From Bdellovibrionota bacterium (GTDB lineage Bacteria; Bdellovibrionota_G; JALEGL01; DATDPG01): a stretch of 64,000 nucleotides of DNA. The stretch covers positions 896,001 through 960,000 of the forward strand of contig OY764265.1 of assembly GCA_963668355.1 (NCBI GenBank). Reading direction: 5' to 3'. Under the pieces are notes generated by a model that was not told the origin of the DNA, searched no databases, and worked only from the letters and a program-made list of their open reading frames with translations. Every line of letters starts with the position of its first letter. Position 1 is the first letter of the stretch. Shown here in pieces: positions 1-8,669 of the stretch. The position numbers and the translations under genes are program-made.

Positions 1-1
1 G

Positions 2-1282
2 CTTTCCCTGCAATTTTTCACGCAGCTTTTCTTGATACTCAGAGACTAACCAAGCTTCGTTGATGGAAAGAGACAATTCATCAAAAAATTCTCGTCCCTT
101 CTCCAACGGCGAATCGGAACTCGGACGACGAACATAGGCGCAACCCGTTCCAATTGGCCAAGACACTCGTTCATCTTTTTTTTCGGAGACAACCACAACT
201 TCAAAAGGAGGATCGGACTGATTTTCTCGAATCTGCTTCGCCCCTGCATTTCCTTCAAGTTCCGTTCGAACCCGAATCGGATGCTCTCCTCCAACGCCAA
301 CTTGGAACGAAGAAACCAACTCCTTCGTGCTCCGTCTTACGTGTTCAAACAGCGGCCAGCTAGGGGAAATCATATCGCACACGGGGGAATCTTCGTGCGG
401 AAGTGCAAAGAGATTTACGATTTTTTGGGCCACAGGAATCTCGGCTTCGGGATCCTCGGTGAGGGAAACGCGAATGGTGTCGCCTAAACCATCGGCCAAC
501 AAAGAGCCGATACCCAATGCCGATTTGATGCGACCATCCTCGCCCTCTCCCGCTTCGGTTACACCGAGGTGCAGAGGATAATTCATGTCCGCTTCTTTCA
601 TCCGGGAAACCAATAGTCGATAAGCTTGGATCATGACTTGCGTATTGGAAGCCTTCATGGACAAAACCAGTTGATGGAAATCTTCGGCCACCGCAATATT
701 CACAAACTCCATAGCCGATTCGACCATCCCCAAGGGAGTATCTCCATATCGATTCATGATCCGATCCGAGAGAGATCCATGGTTGGTTCCGATTCTCAGC
801 GCGACACCGTTGGTTTTGGCTCGTTGGAGAATGGGAAGAAACGCATCTCGAATTCGATGGAGTTCTTCCTCATATTCAGCGTCTGTGTAGGATTTGGTTT
901 CGAATTTCTTTCGATCTGCAAAATTGCCCGGATTGATCCGAACTTTTTCCACAAAATCGCATGCCTGTAAGGCCAGCTTGGGCAAGAAGTGGACATCAGC
1001 CACAACCGGTTGATGGATGCCACGTCGTTTCATTTCTTTTCGAATGGCCGGCAAATTATCGATGTCCGCTTGAGTAGGCGTGGTCACTCGCATGAGTTGG
1101 CACCCAACTTCCGAAAGTTTTTCCATTTGATCCACAGTGGCTTTCGTATCCTGTGTGGAGGGCGTGGTCATGGATTGAACGACGATGGGGGTTTTTCCGC
1201 CAATCACCAAGTCTCCCACACGGACCTCTCTTGTACGCCAGCGGGTGGGTTGAAGAAGCGAATTCGTGTAAAGCTTTGCCAT
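2..1282 (-). CDS. ispG: (E)-4-hydroxy-3-methylbut-2-enyl-diphosphate synthase, long form; partial, runs off the window start
   Basis: Not in the ORF track because there is no stop in the window. Manual translation from ATG 1282: MAKLYTNSLLQPTRWRTREVRVGDLVIGGKTPIVVQSMTT...VADVHF...KVRINPGNF...RIGTNHGSLSDR...YPLHLGVTEAG...GDTIRVSLTEDP. The frame is open in the segments translated, down to the window edge. Confidence 0.95.
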   Translation of the reverse strand, partial: MAKLYTNSLLQPTRWRTREVRVGDLVIGGKTPIVVQSMTTPSTQDTKATVDQMEKLSEVGCQLMRVTTPTQADIDNLPAIRKEMKRRGIHQPVVADVHFLPKLALQACDFVEKVRINPGNFADRKKFETKSYTDAEYEEELHRIRDAFLPILQRAKTNGVALRIGTNHGSLSDRIMNRYGDTPLGMVESAMEFVNIAVAEDFHQLVLSMKASNTQVMIQAYRLLVSRMKEADMNYPLHLGVTEAGEGEDGRIKSALGIGSLLADGLGDTIRVSLTEDPEAEIPVAQKIVNLFALPHEDSPVCDMISPSWPLFEHVRRSTKELVSSFQVGVGGEHPIRVRTELEGNAGAKQIRENQSDPPFEVVVVSEKKDERVSWPIGTGCAYVRRPSSDSPLEKGREFFDELSLSINEAWLVSEYQEKLREKLQGK

Positions 1283-1395
1283 CGCGGCGTAACTTAGACA
1301 GGTTATTTAGGCCTGTAAAGCCCCAGACTCAAAGCCAAATTTTTGGCTTAATTTCCACATCCCTTTCCCCACATTGATTTACTGCTTGAGCAAAG

Positions 1396-1584
1396 ACAAT
1401 AAAATGAATTCAGGGTCACATGGGCCCTTCCGCCCAGTGTAGATCCTCCCATGTGACCCTGAATTCATTTCATTGTTATATAATTCGAATCATCTTCTTA
1501 CCTAAAAAAGAGAAGATTACTTTGAGCAAAAAGACTAGGTTTTTTGGGAGGATCTACACCGGGCGGAGGGGCCCAAAAAACCTA
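1396..1584. repeat. Two palindromic hairpins with mutually inverted 23-nt loops
   Basis: Perfect 23-bp IR at 1402-1424/1448-1470 and perfect 13-bp IR at 1536-1548/1572-1584. Loops 1425-1447 and 1549-1571 are reverse complements at 21/23 positions. Confidence 0.9.
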
Positions 1585-1657
1585 TTCATCACGATAGCGC
1601 CGCTAAGTTATTGTTACATCCTAGACCCATATTTTTCGTGGGAGTAATATCTCTCCC

Positions 1658-2242
1658 ATGAAAGAAGGATCAAAAGAGTGGTGGGAGAGTAAGTTTCAGA
1701 AATCTTCTGATTATCTTTATGGAAAAGCGCCGTCTCAATTTTTAATCGACCATTTAGAACTTCTCAAAAAAGGAGAAACTTTGGATGTGGCTACCGGCGA
1801 AGGTCGGAATGCCGTCTTCTTGGCTAGCAAAGGATTTCAAGTTTCCGCCGTAGACCACTCACCTACAGCCCTTGAACGAGCCAAAAAGTTAGCCACAGAT
1901 AGCGGCGTCAAAGTTGAATTTAAGGAACAAGATTTGGATTTCTTCATTCTTCCCCTCATGAAGTACGACACGATTGTGGTCTGTGACTACCACCCCCCAC
2001 TGACCGTGTTAAAAAGTCTAACCCGAGGATTGAATAAAGGCGGAACGCTCATCATGGAAGGTTACGCGATGGAACAAGCTCGTTTGGCCGGGCCCCATGG
2101 GGAGCCTCAAGCTTTCGAATGCTATAAACCCAACGAAGCCATTCAAAACGCCCGAGACGTTCACATTATCTTATACAACGAAAGAGAAATGGAGCCGGGT
2201 CAACACCGCGTCCAGCTCATCGCACGCAAGCCCAACCGTTAA
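1658..2242 (+). CDS. Class I SAM-dependent methyltransferase (TehB-like)
   Basis: LDVATGEGRNAVFLA motif I, VSAVD motif II, and the N-terminal W..KF....YLYGKAPS typical of this family. Confidence 0.85.
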   Translation: MKEGSKEWWESKFQKSSDYLYGKAPSQFLIDHLELLKKGETLDVATGEGRNAVFLASKGFQVSAVDHSPTALERAKKLATDSGVKVEFKEQDLDFFILPLMKYDTIVVCDYHPPLTVLKSLTRGLNKGGTLIMEGYAMEQARLAGPHGEPQAFECYKPNEAIQNARDVHIILYNEREMEPGQHRVQLIARKPNR

Positions 2243-3738
2243 TTCGAAAACATTTTGGTGGCCCGATATTGCAAGGCTTCCGCAATTTGACTGCATTGAA
2301 CTTCTTGGCCTCCCTCCAAGTCCACAATGGTTTGCGCCACCAAAATGCTCTTATGAATTCCCCTGGGTGAGAGTCCATACTCCTTTGCCGCTTGTTTCAA
2401 TAAAGCTTCCGCCGAAGGATCCACCTGAATGAATTGATGAATTTCCGGAGCCGACAACTCTCCATTGGCCTTGCGTTGTCGATGGATCTGCCGTTCACGT
2501 GCCAGCGAGGTCCGCTTCAATACCTCTTCGCTTTTTTCCTCTCCTTTGGGTTTCCAAATCTCTTCCCATTTGGGCTTAGGAAGTTCCACCAATAAATCGA
2601 TCCGCTCGCGAATGGGAGAAGAAATTTTTCGTCGATACTTATCCACGGCAAAGGGCGTGCAGACACACTCTTTCCGATCATCCCCCAACGCTCCGCACGG
2701 ACATAGGTTCATCGCCGCCAAGAAAATGAAATTCGCGGGAAGATGATATCCGCCTTCCGCCCTGGAAACCGTCACAAAACCATTTCCCATGGGTTCTCTC
2801 AAGGCCTCCAAGACGTCGCGCCGGAACTCCGGAAGCTCGTCCAAAAACAAAACTCCCCGATGTGCCAGCGTTAACTCTCCCGGGCGAAAGGGTCGCCCCC
2901 CACCCAAAAAGCCAGCCAAGGAAGCTCCATGATGGGGTGAACGAAAAGGCGGAGAGGTTTTTTTATCGGAGTCTGGAAATCCTGCGGCGCTATAGATTCT
3001 GCGAACCTCTCTCTGCTCAGTCAAACTCAATGAAGGAATGACGCCGGGCATCCTTCGAGCCAATAATGTTTTTCCCACCCCCGGAACCCCTCCAAAAAGG
3101 AGATTGTGTTTGCCTGCTGCCGAGATCTCCATGGCCCGCTTGGCGACCCTTTGTCCTCCGACCTCGCACCAGTCAGGAGAACGCTCTTCCAGCGGCAGCG
3201 TATAGTCTGAAGGCGTAAGATCTACGTTCTCTCCAAGAAAGTGTGATTTCAGATCTGCCAAGTTCCTGGGAGCTTTGATGCGTAAGGGAGGATCCTTTCC
3301 CAGCTCACGAGCCGACGTGGGGGGTAGGATCAAACCTTCCCGGCTTTCCTGACAAGCCAATTCGGCAAAAGCCAAACTCCCCCGCACGTATTGAAGTTGG
3401 CCATCCAGTGACAACTCTCCCAGGACCACCCACCCCTCGACAACCTCAGCGCCCACGACACCAAACGCCTGCAAGAGCGCAATTGCGATCGGCAGATCCA
3501 AAGAAGCTCCACTTTTTGGAACGGCTGCCGGGGAAAGGTTGACCACAATCCGTTTGGCTTTCCAAGTCACGCCGACACTTCGAAGGGCCGAGACAATTCG
3601 ATCTCTCCCCTCTTTCACTTCCGTTTTGGGCAAGCCGACGATGTCAAATTTGGGGAGGCCTTTTTGGAGATCCACCTCCACCCTGACATCATAAGGTTCG
3701 ACACCACTTAAAACCGCGCTATTGACCGTATGAACCAT
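2239..3738 (-). CDS. comM: YifB/ComM Mg-chelatase-like AAA+ ATPase
   Basis: IVGLP..EVKEGRDR, VNLSPA, GVPGVGKT Walker A, PFRSPHH, LAHRGVLFLDELPEF, AMNLCPCG. Confidence 0.95.
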   Translation of the reverse strand: MVHTVNSAVLSGVEPYDVRVEVDLQKGLPKFDIVGLPKTEVKEGRDRIVSALRSVGVTWKAKRIVVNLSPAAVPKSGASLDLPIAIALLQAFGVVGAEVVEGWVVLGELSLDGQLQYVRGSLAFAELACQESREGLILPPTSARELGKDPPLRIKAPRNLADLKSHFLGENVDLTPSDYTLPLEERSPDWCEVGGQRVAKRAMEISAAGKHNLLFGGVPGVGKTLLARRMPGVIPSLSLTEQREVRRIYSAAGFPDSDKKTSPPFRSPHHGASLAGFLGGGRPFRPGELTLAHRGVLFLDELPEFRRDVLEALREPMGNGFVTVSRAEGGYHLPANFIFLAAMNLCPCGALGDDRKECVCTPFAVDKYRRKISSPIRERIDLLVELPKPKWEEIWKPKGEEKSEEVLKRTSLARERQIHRQRKANGELSAPEIHQFIQVDPSAEALLKQAAKEYGLSPRGIHKSILVAQTIVDLEGGQEVQCSQIAEALQYRATKMFSN

Positions 3739-3828
3739 AACGACGGTTTTCTTTTCACAAATGATGCCAGCGATTTTTAAGGGTTTGAGGGGGACACAGA
3801 CCGAAATTCGGTCTCAGAGAAACTGATT

Positions 3829-4239
3829 TTAGGATGGTTTCTTCTTGAGTTTCACTCGCTTCGTAATTTCTTTTTCGATTCCGGGGCGGGCTTGGGCCTT
3901 GGTCTGTTCCGTTTTTTCAATGACATCCAATTCTTCTTCCGGAGTCATTTCATGAAGCTCAAAAATGATTTTCACGTCTCCCAATTGAATTTGATCTTGG
4001 TCTTTCAAAACCTTTCGGGAAATCGATTCGCCGTTGACCCAAACCCCATTGAGACTCTTTAGATCGTAAAGGGTCCATCCCTCTTCTCGTTTTTTCACGT
4101 GGGCATGTTGTCGGGATACGGATTCATCATTGATGCAGATGTCATTGATCGTCGGAACTCGACCGATGAAAATGTCTTCCTCATCCAGCCAAAAAGACGT
4201 GGACGAATCGTTTCTTAAATGAACGATGAACTTGGGCAT
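3829..4239 (-). CDS. FHA domain protein
   Basis: IGR...VSRQHA...DLKSLNGVWVNG FHA signature with a charged C-terminal tail. Confidence 0.9.
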   Translation of the reverse strand: MPKFIVHLRNDSSTSFWLDEEDIFIGRVPTINDICINDESVSRQHAHVKKREEGWTLYDLKSLNGVWVNGESISRKVLKDQDQIQLGDVKIIFELHEMTPEEELDVIEKTEQTKAQARPGIEKEITKRVKLKKKPS

Positions 4240-4264
4240 AGACACACCCAGCTCATCTTAGGTC

Positions 4265-5224
4265 CTAGGATTTGTCAACCTTGCGTCTTTGCTGACTGGG
4301 AAATTGATCAATACTCGGGATGTCGAAAATATGCCACTTCAAGACCTTCACATCGTTCAAAGCCTCAATCAAGAATGTGGCATCTTCCCTCACATCCTTT
4401 TCGAGCTCGGTTTTGGCTTCAACAAGTTCTTTGACGACTCGATCCATTTCTTCTGCCCGGTGAACGAAATCCGGCCCCAAGCCAAGCAACACATCCAGCT
4501 CCGGATCGGTTAAAGATGTAACCATACTCGGAAAAATCCGCGCCATCTGCTCAGTTCGATCCACCATGATGTTAAGGAGGGTCAGGGGCCTTCCCTTCAA
4601 CTCCATGTTTTCAACCACCCGGTCGCGGGCCTGCGCCAAACGTTCCGAAACCTCTTGAGCTACTTCTCCCCCGGCGACTCCAAGTTGAAGTCCCGCTGCG
4701 GCTAGATCAAGAATGCCGCCCTCTACGGACATTCGATCTTCGGAAGAAACATTTTCCAGATTCGGAAGAACCGAACCCAAGGCACTCAAGACATGGGCCG
4801 ATTCGGAAAACAGCGTGGGCAGATCCGTACCTTGTTCAGCCAAGTCATAGTTCAACTCAGCAAAAGCTTCCGTGAACTCAGCAACCTGACGGCCAAAGCG
4901 TTTAAAATCTTCCGGGCGAAACTCTTCAATCAGTGCAATGACATTTGATGCCGCTTCAACCCCTTTCAAGATTTCCGGACCCGCATCGACGATCGTATTG
5001 GTCATGCGCGTAATTTCACTGGCCATTTCCGCCATGGGTCGCCCGATCTCATCCATTTTCTCGGACGCCTTCACGAAGTTCTGATTGAGTTGACGCAATT
5101 CTTGAAGATTCTGTTTCAGGGTTTGATTGGTTTGATCGATCTTCCCCGGATCGACGCAGCTTTGAACCGCAAACAGCAACGGAAAGCTGCATGCGATAAT
5201 TCTAATATTCCTCATCCAAACCAT
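4265..5224 (-). CDS. Hypothetical helical/coiled-coil lipoprotein
   Basis: 319-aa ORF with signal peptide and lipobox-like AVQSC; heptad-like amphipathic sequence; no family recognised. Confidence 0.6.
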   Translation of the reverse strand: MVWMRNIRIIACSFPLLFAVQSCVDPGKIDQTNQTLKQNLQELRQLNQNFVKASEKMDEIGRPMAEMASEITRMTNTIVDAGPEILKGVEAASNVIALIEEFRPEDFKRFGRQVAEFTEAFAELNYDLAEQGTDLPTLFSESAHVLSALGSVLPNLENVSSEDRMSVEGGILDLAAAGLQLGVAGGEVAQEVSERLAQARDRVVENMELKGRPLTLLNIMVDRTEQMARIFPSMVTSLTDPELDVLLGLGPDFVHRAEEMDRVVKELVEAKTELEKDVREDATFLIEALNDVKVLKWHIFDIPSIDQFPSQQRRKVDKS

Positions 5225-5347
5225 GATTTGCGCGCCCCTTATAATTCAAAATTTTCTGAAAGTTCAAGAAAAAATGAATTTTTAAATAAAAACAGAGACT
5301 TAGAAAGGCCTTCTCAGACGTGTGCGGGAAGGGTAAATTGAGCAGCA

Positions 5348-5701
5348 ATGAATACGTTTCGAAAGATATTTATGTACGCTCTGATCTTTATCTTGGTTGG
5401 GGCCATTTTTGTGTTCGCGGCTCAAAATTACCAGGAAATCGAAATTGGTTTTTTCCACTGGCGAATCGGTCCTCATCCCTTCGCTCTTTTTATGTTTGTG
5501 GCCTTCGGCCTGGGAATGATTTTAACCGGTTTATTTTCCACACTTGGGGTGATCAAACTTCGAGCCAAGCTCCGAAAAGCCCGAAAAAACAACCAAGTTT
5601 TGGAAAGAGAAATCGATGCACTCCGAAACCAACCGCTCTATGATCATTCCGAAACTCGTCCTTCGGAAGAAAGCACAATTTTAGACCAAGAAAAAAAGTA
5701 A
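5348..5701 (+). CDS. lapA: LapA family (lipopolysaccharide assembly protein A) membrane protein
   Basis: Two TM helices, FAAQN motif, coiled-coil tail ending LRNQPL; directly upstream of the lapB-like gene. Confidence 0.8.
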   Translation: MNTFRKIFMYALIFILVGAIFVFAAQNYQEIEIGFFHWRIGPHPFALFMFVAFGLGMILTGLFSTLGVIKLRAKLRKARKNNQVLEREIDALRNQPLYDHSETRPSEESTILDQEKK

Positions 5702-6810
5702 TGGTTGAATTCGCCCCAGCAACAGAAAACCTTTCGCCTCTTTTTAAAAACAGAGAGGAAATGTCTCCTTCGGCACTGGCGGGAACATCCCGAAAAGATT
5801 TCGAGCACACACTGGAAGACCTGGTGAACATTCTCACGGAGAAAGTCAAAAGGGATCGAGAAGCGATCAGCGATTACATTCTCTTGGGAAGGGTGTATCG
5901 ACTTCAAGGAGACGCAAAAAGAGCCCTGCGTTTGCACCAAAACCTTTTGGCCCATGAAATATCGGATAAGAAATTACAACTCACACTTTATATAGAACTC
6001 GGCCTGGATCTTCTTCACGAAAAAATGGATGACTTTGGTGAGCGCTTTCTACAAAAAGCCCTTTCCCTTGAGAAAAACCATGCAGAAGCCCTTCGAGGTC
6101 TCACTCAAGTATACGAAATCAGAGAAGAGTACGAATCTGCAGCCAAGACACTTTCCAAGCTGCCTCACGCCTCCCCTCAAGAAAAGAAATGGCTCTCGTT
6201 TATCTATGCGCAGTTGGCAAAACAACGCCTGATCCTCGGACATCATGTTCCAGCCCGAAGGGCTGTTGAAGGGGCACTCCGCGCGGACCCAACAAATCCC
6301 TATGCCAAATTGACCCTTTCTGAAATTTACATGGCCACGACCCGATATGACAAAGCCATTCAGCTTCTGACAAATTTTCTAGAAGAATGGCCCACGCACA
6401 GCTTTTTGGCGTTACGAAAATTGGAAGATGCCCACTATCAGAAAGACACGTTTACCGAGCTTGAAGACACGCTTCGAGAAGCCATTCGTCGACAACCAGA
6501 CAACTATTACGTGCTGTTTTCGTTAGCTCGGCATCTATTCAAAAAGAGACGAAAAGAGGAAGCCCAAGAGTTCATTCGCAAGAGCCTGGAGGCTCATCCT
6601 TATTATGTGAATGCCATCAAGGAATGGATTTCTTTAAATGCCGATGAGAGTGTTCAACAAACGCTCAAGCCTTTTCTCACCAACTTCAAACGTTCTCGCC
6701 GATTTGTTTGTCCAAATTGTGAGACTCGTTACAAACTGATCACTTGGCATTGCTCAGCTTGTGGCACTTGGGACGTGTTTCAAATTCGATACGAACTCCC
6801 GGCACCTTAA
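5701..6810 (+). CDS. lapB: LapB-like TPR protein with C-terminal rubredoxin-type metal site; no N-terminal TM helix
   Basis: LGRVYRLQGDAKRALRLHQNLL, TPR repeats, and CPNC...WHCSACGTW. Confidence 0.8.
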   Translation: MVEFAPATENLSPLFKNREEMSPSALAGTSRKDFEHTLEDLVNILTEKVKRDREAISDYILLGRVYRLQGDAKRALRLHQNLLAHEISDKKLQLTLYIELGLDLLHEKMDDFGERFLQKALSLEKNHAEALRGLTQVYEIREEYESAAKTLSKLPHASPQEKKWLSFIYAQLAKQRLILGHHVPARRAVEGALRADPTNPYAKLTLSEIYMATTRYDKAIQLLTNFLEEWPTHSFLALRKLEDAHYQKDTFTELEDTLREAIRRQPDNYYVLFSLARHLFKKRRKEEAQEFIRKSLEAHPYYVNAIKEWISLNADESVQQTLKPFLTNFKRSRRFVCPNCETRYKLITWHCSACGTWDVFQIRYELPAP

Positions 6811-6819
6811 AATAGACTT

Positions 6820-8088
6820 TTGGCCCATCCAAACACCAGACGCACTATCTTAAAGAGCCTTGTTTTTTTCCATCAGAACGGGGAGCTTCCGACATCGCCA
6901 AACATTGCCAACGAACAAGAAAGAAGGTTCTACACGCAATTTCTTAAGGGACTCTTTCGCTACCGAGCCTTTGTGGACCGTTCTCTTCGGGCACACGTTC
7001 GGAAAGGTCTTTCCTCTTTGTCAACGGAGATCCTGAACATCCTCCGCATTGGAGCCTATGACCTGCTCTTCATGCGAACCCCCGACCATGCAGCTGTTTT
7101 TGAAGCGGTTGAGCTTTGCAAAGGAAAGCACAAATATGCCAAAGGTTTGGTCAATGCCGTTTTGAGAAAAGTGGCACAACTTACCCCACCATCCGAAGAA
7201 GAAATGAAATTGGAAGATCTGCTTCCCAATGAATTGGCTGAAAAATGGTGTACCCTGCTTTCCGAAGAAGGCATGAAAGAGGCAACCACATCGCTTTTAC
7301 ATGAGTCGCTCCTTTCCTTGAGAGTCAACACCACTCAAATCACTTCAGAGAACCTTAAGAAAGAGCTGGAAGAAGTCGGGGCTCACGTTCAAGAGTCGCC
7401 TTTTGTTCCAAACTCATTCCTGGTCAAGAATCTTCCCGCCCTGAACTCCCTGCCGGCTTTCCATCGAGGCGATTTCTATATTCAAAACTCATCCAGCCAA
7501 CTGCCTGCCATCATCTTGGATCCAAAACCCGGTGAGACGATATTGGATGCTTGTGCGGCTCCTGGAGGCAAAACGATTCAATTGGCAAATCTAACCCAAA
7601 ACGGGGTGAAGATTATGGCTCTGGACAAAAATCCTGTGAGCCTAAATAAAATGGAAGAAAACCTCACGCGAATGCACACCCAAAACGTTTCTCTTTTGCA
7701 GGAAGATTTCTTGAACTTTTCCGTGAAGGGAGACGAAAAATTTGACCGAATTCTTCTGGACGCACCCTGTTCTGGGTGGGGAGTCCTGCAAGAACACCCG
7801 GAGTGGAGATGGAGTAAGGATATCGAAGCTCCCGATCACCATGCAAAGAATCAACGAGAGATGATCGAGCATGGGCTATCGCTCCTCAAACCTCATGGAT
7901 TCCTGGTCTATTCAGTATGCACTTTTTCAAAAGAAGAGACCTGGAATGTCATCCAGGGATTGAATCGAACAAAAATCCAAAACCTTCTCTTCCCCTCACT
8001 TCACCCGTTTGTTCGAGATGAGGCCATTTATATCACTCCAAATACTCAAAATTTGGATGGCTTTTTTGTCGCAAAAATTCAAATTTAA
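6820..8088 (+). CDS. rsmB: 16S rRNA m5C967 methyltransferase
   Basis: NusB-like N-domain (GLVNAVLR), LRVNT, DACAAPGGKT, DAPCSG, YSVCT. Confidence 0.9.
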   Translation: MAHPNTRRTILKSLVFFHQNGELPTSPNIANEQERRFYTQFLKGLFRYRAFVDRSLRAHVRKGLSSLSTEILNILRIGAYDLLFMRTPDHAAVFEAVELCKGKHKYAKGLVNAVLRKVAQLTPPSEEEMKLEDLLPNELAEKWCTLLSEEGMKEATTSLLHESLLSLRVNTTQITSENLKKELEEVGAHVQESPFVPNSFLVKNLPALNSLPAFHRGDFYIQNSSSQLPAIILDPKPGETILDACAAPGGKTIQLANLTQNGVKIMALDKNPVSLNKMEENLTRMHTQNVSLLQEDFLNFSVKGDEKFDRILLDAPCSGWGVLQEHPEWRWSKDIEAPDHHAKNQREMIEHGLSLLKPHGFLVYSVCTFSKEETWNVIQGLNRTKIQNLLFPSLHPFVRDEAIYITPNTQNLDGFFVAKIQI

Positions 8089-8669
8089 GCTTTCTTCTTT
8101 GGATTGAACTGAGAATAGAATCTTAGATTCACAAAATTAACCACGAAATGAGCCGCGGTGGGCAAGAGAAGATTCCCACGCCACTCGTAAGCCAAACCGA
8201 ATAAAAACCCTACGATCACGGCAAAAATTGTCCACGGCGCATATTTTCTTCCCGGCCCCACATGCAACAAGCCAAAGAGCAATGAAGCAGGAATTAGCCC
8301 CAGTACAGCTTGGGCCACCCCCCTAAAAAAGAATTCTTCACCCAAGGCCGAAAACGCCGCGATGAAAAACACCTCAGACCCGTTCAAAGGACCCAACATT
8401 TTATAAAATTCATGACTTAAGTTTTTTAGTTTCTTCGAACGCTTTACGGCCAACCAAGTAATTCCCACAACGGCTAAACCCAAAAGGATCCCGACAAGCA
8501 AATCCAAAACCATGACCTGAGCGAATTTTTCGTCGGGAAGCGGAAACTGAAAATAGCGATATTTCTGGTGCAACGAGGTTGCGATGAAAAACAGGAAAAA
8601 ATAAAACACCCCAACCGCGATCACGTTGATACGCTTCTTATTTACATTTTTTCTTCGAGGTCTTCCCAT
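8085..8669 (-). CDS. CPBP (CAAX/Abi) intramembrane glutamic endopeptidase
   Basis: EEFFFRG, FGLLH and AHFVVN motifs; multiple TM segments. Confidence 0.9.
   Translation of the reverse strand: MGRPRRKNVNKKRINVIAVGVFYFFLFFIATSLHQKYRYFQFPLPDEKFAQVMVLDLLVGILLGLAVVGITWLAVKRSKKLKNLSHEFYKMLGPLNGSEVFFIAAFSALGEEFFFRGVAQAVLGLIPASLLFGLLHVGPGRKYAPWTIFAVIVGFLFGLAYEWRGNLLLPTAAHFVVNFVNLRFYSQFNPKKKA

Noticed and set aside
46..1377. Short ORFs in the track (e.g. 626..970 +, 989..1297 +, 46..300 -)
   Set aside because: They are antisense or off-frame shadows of ispG, which occupies 2..1282 on the - strand.
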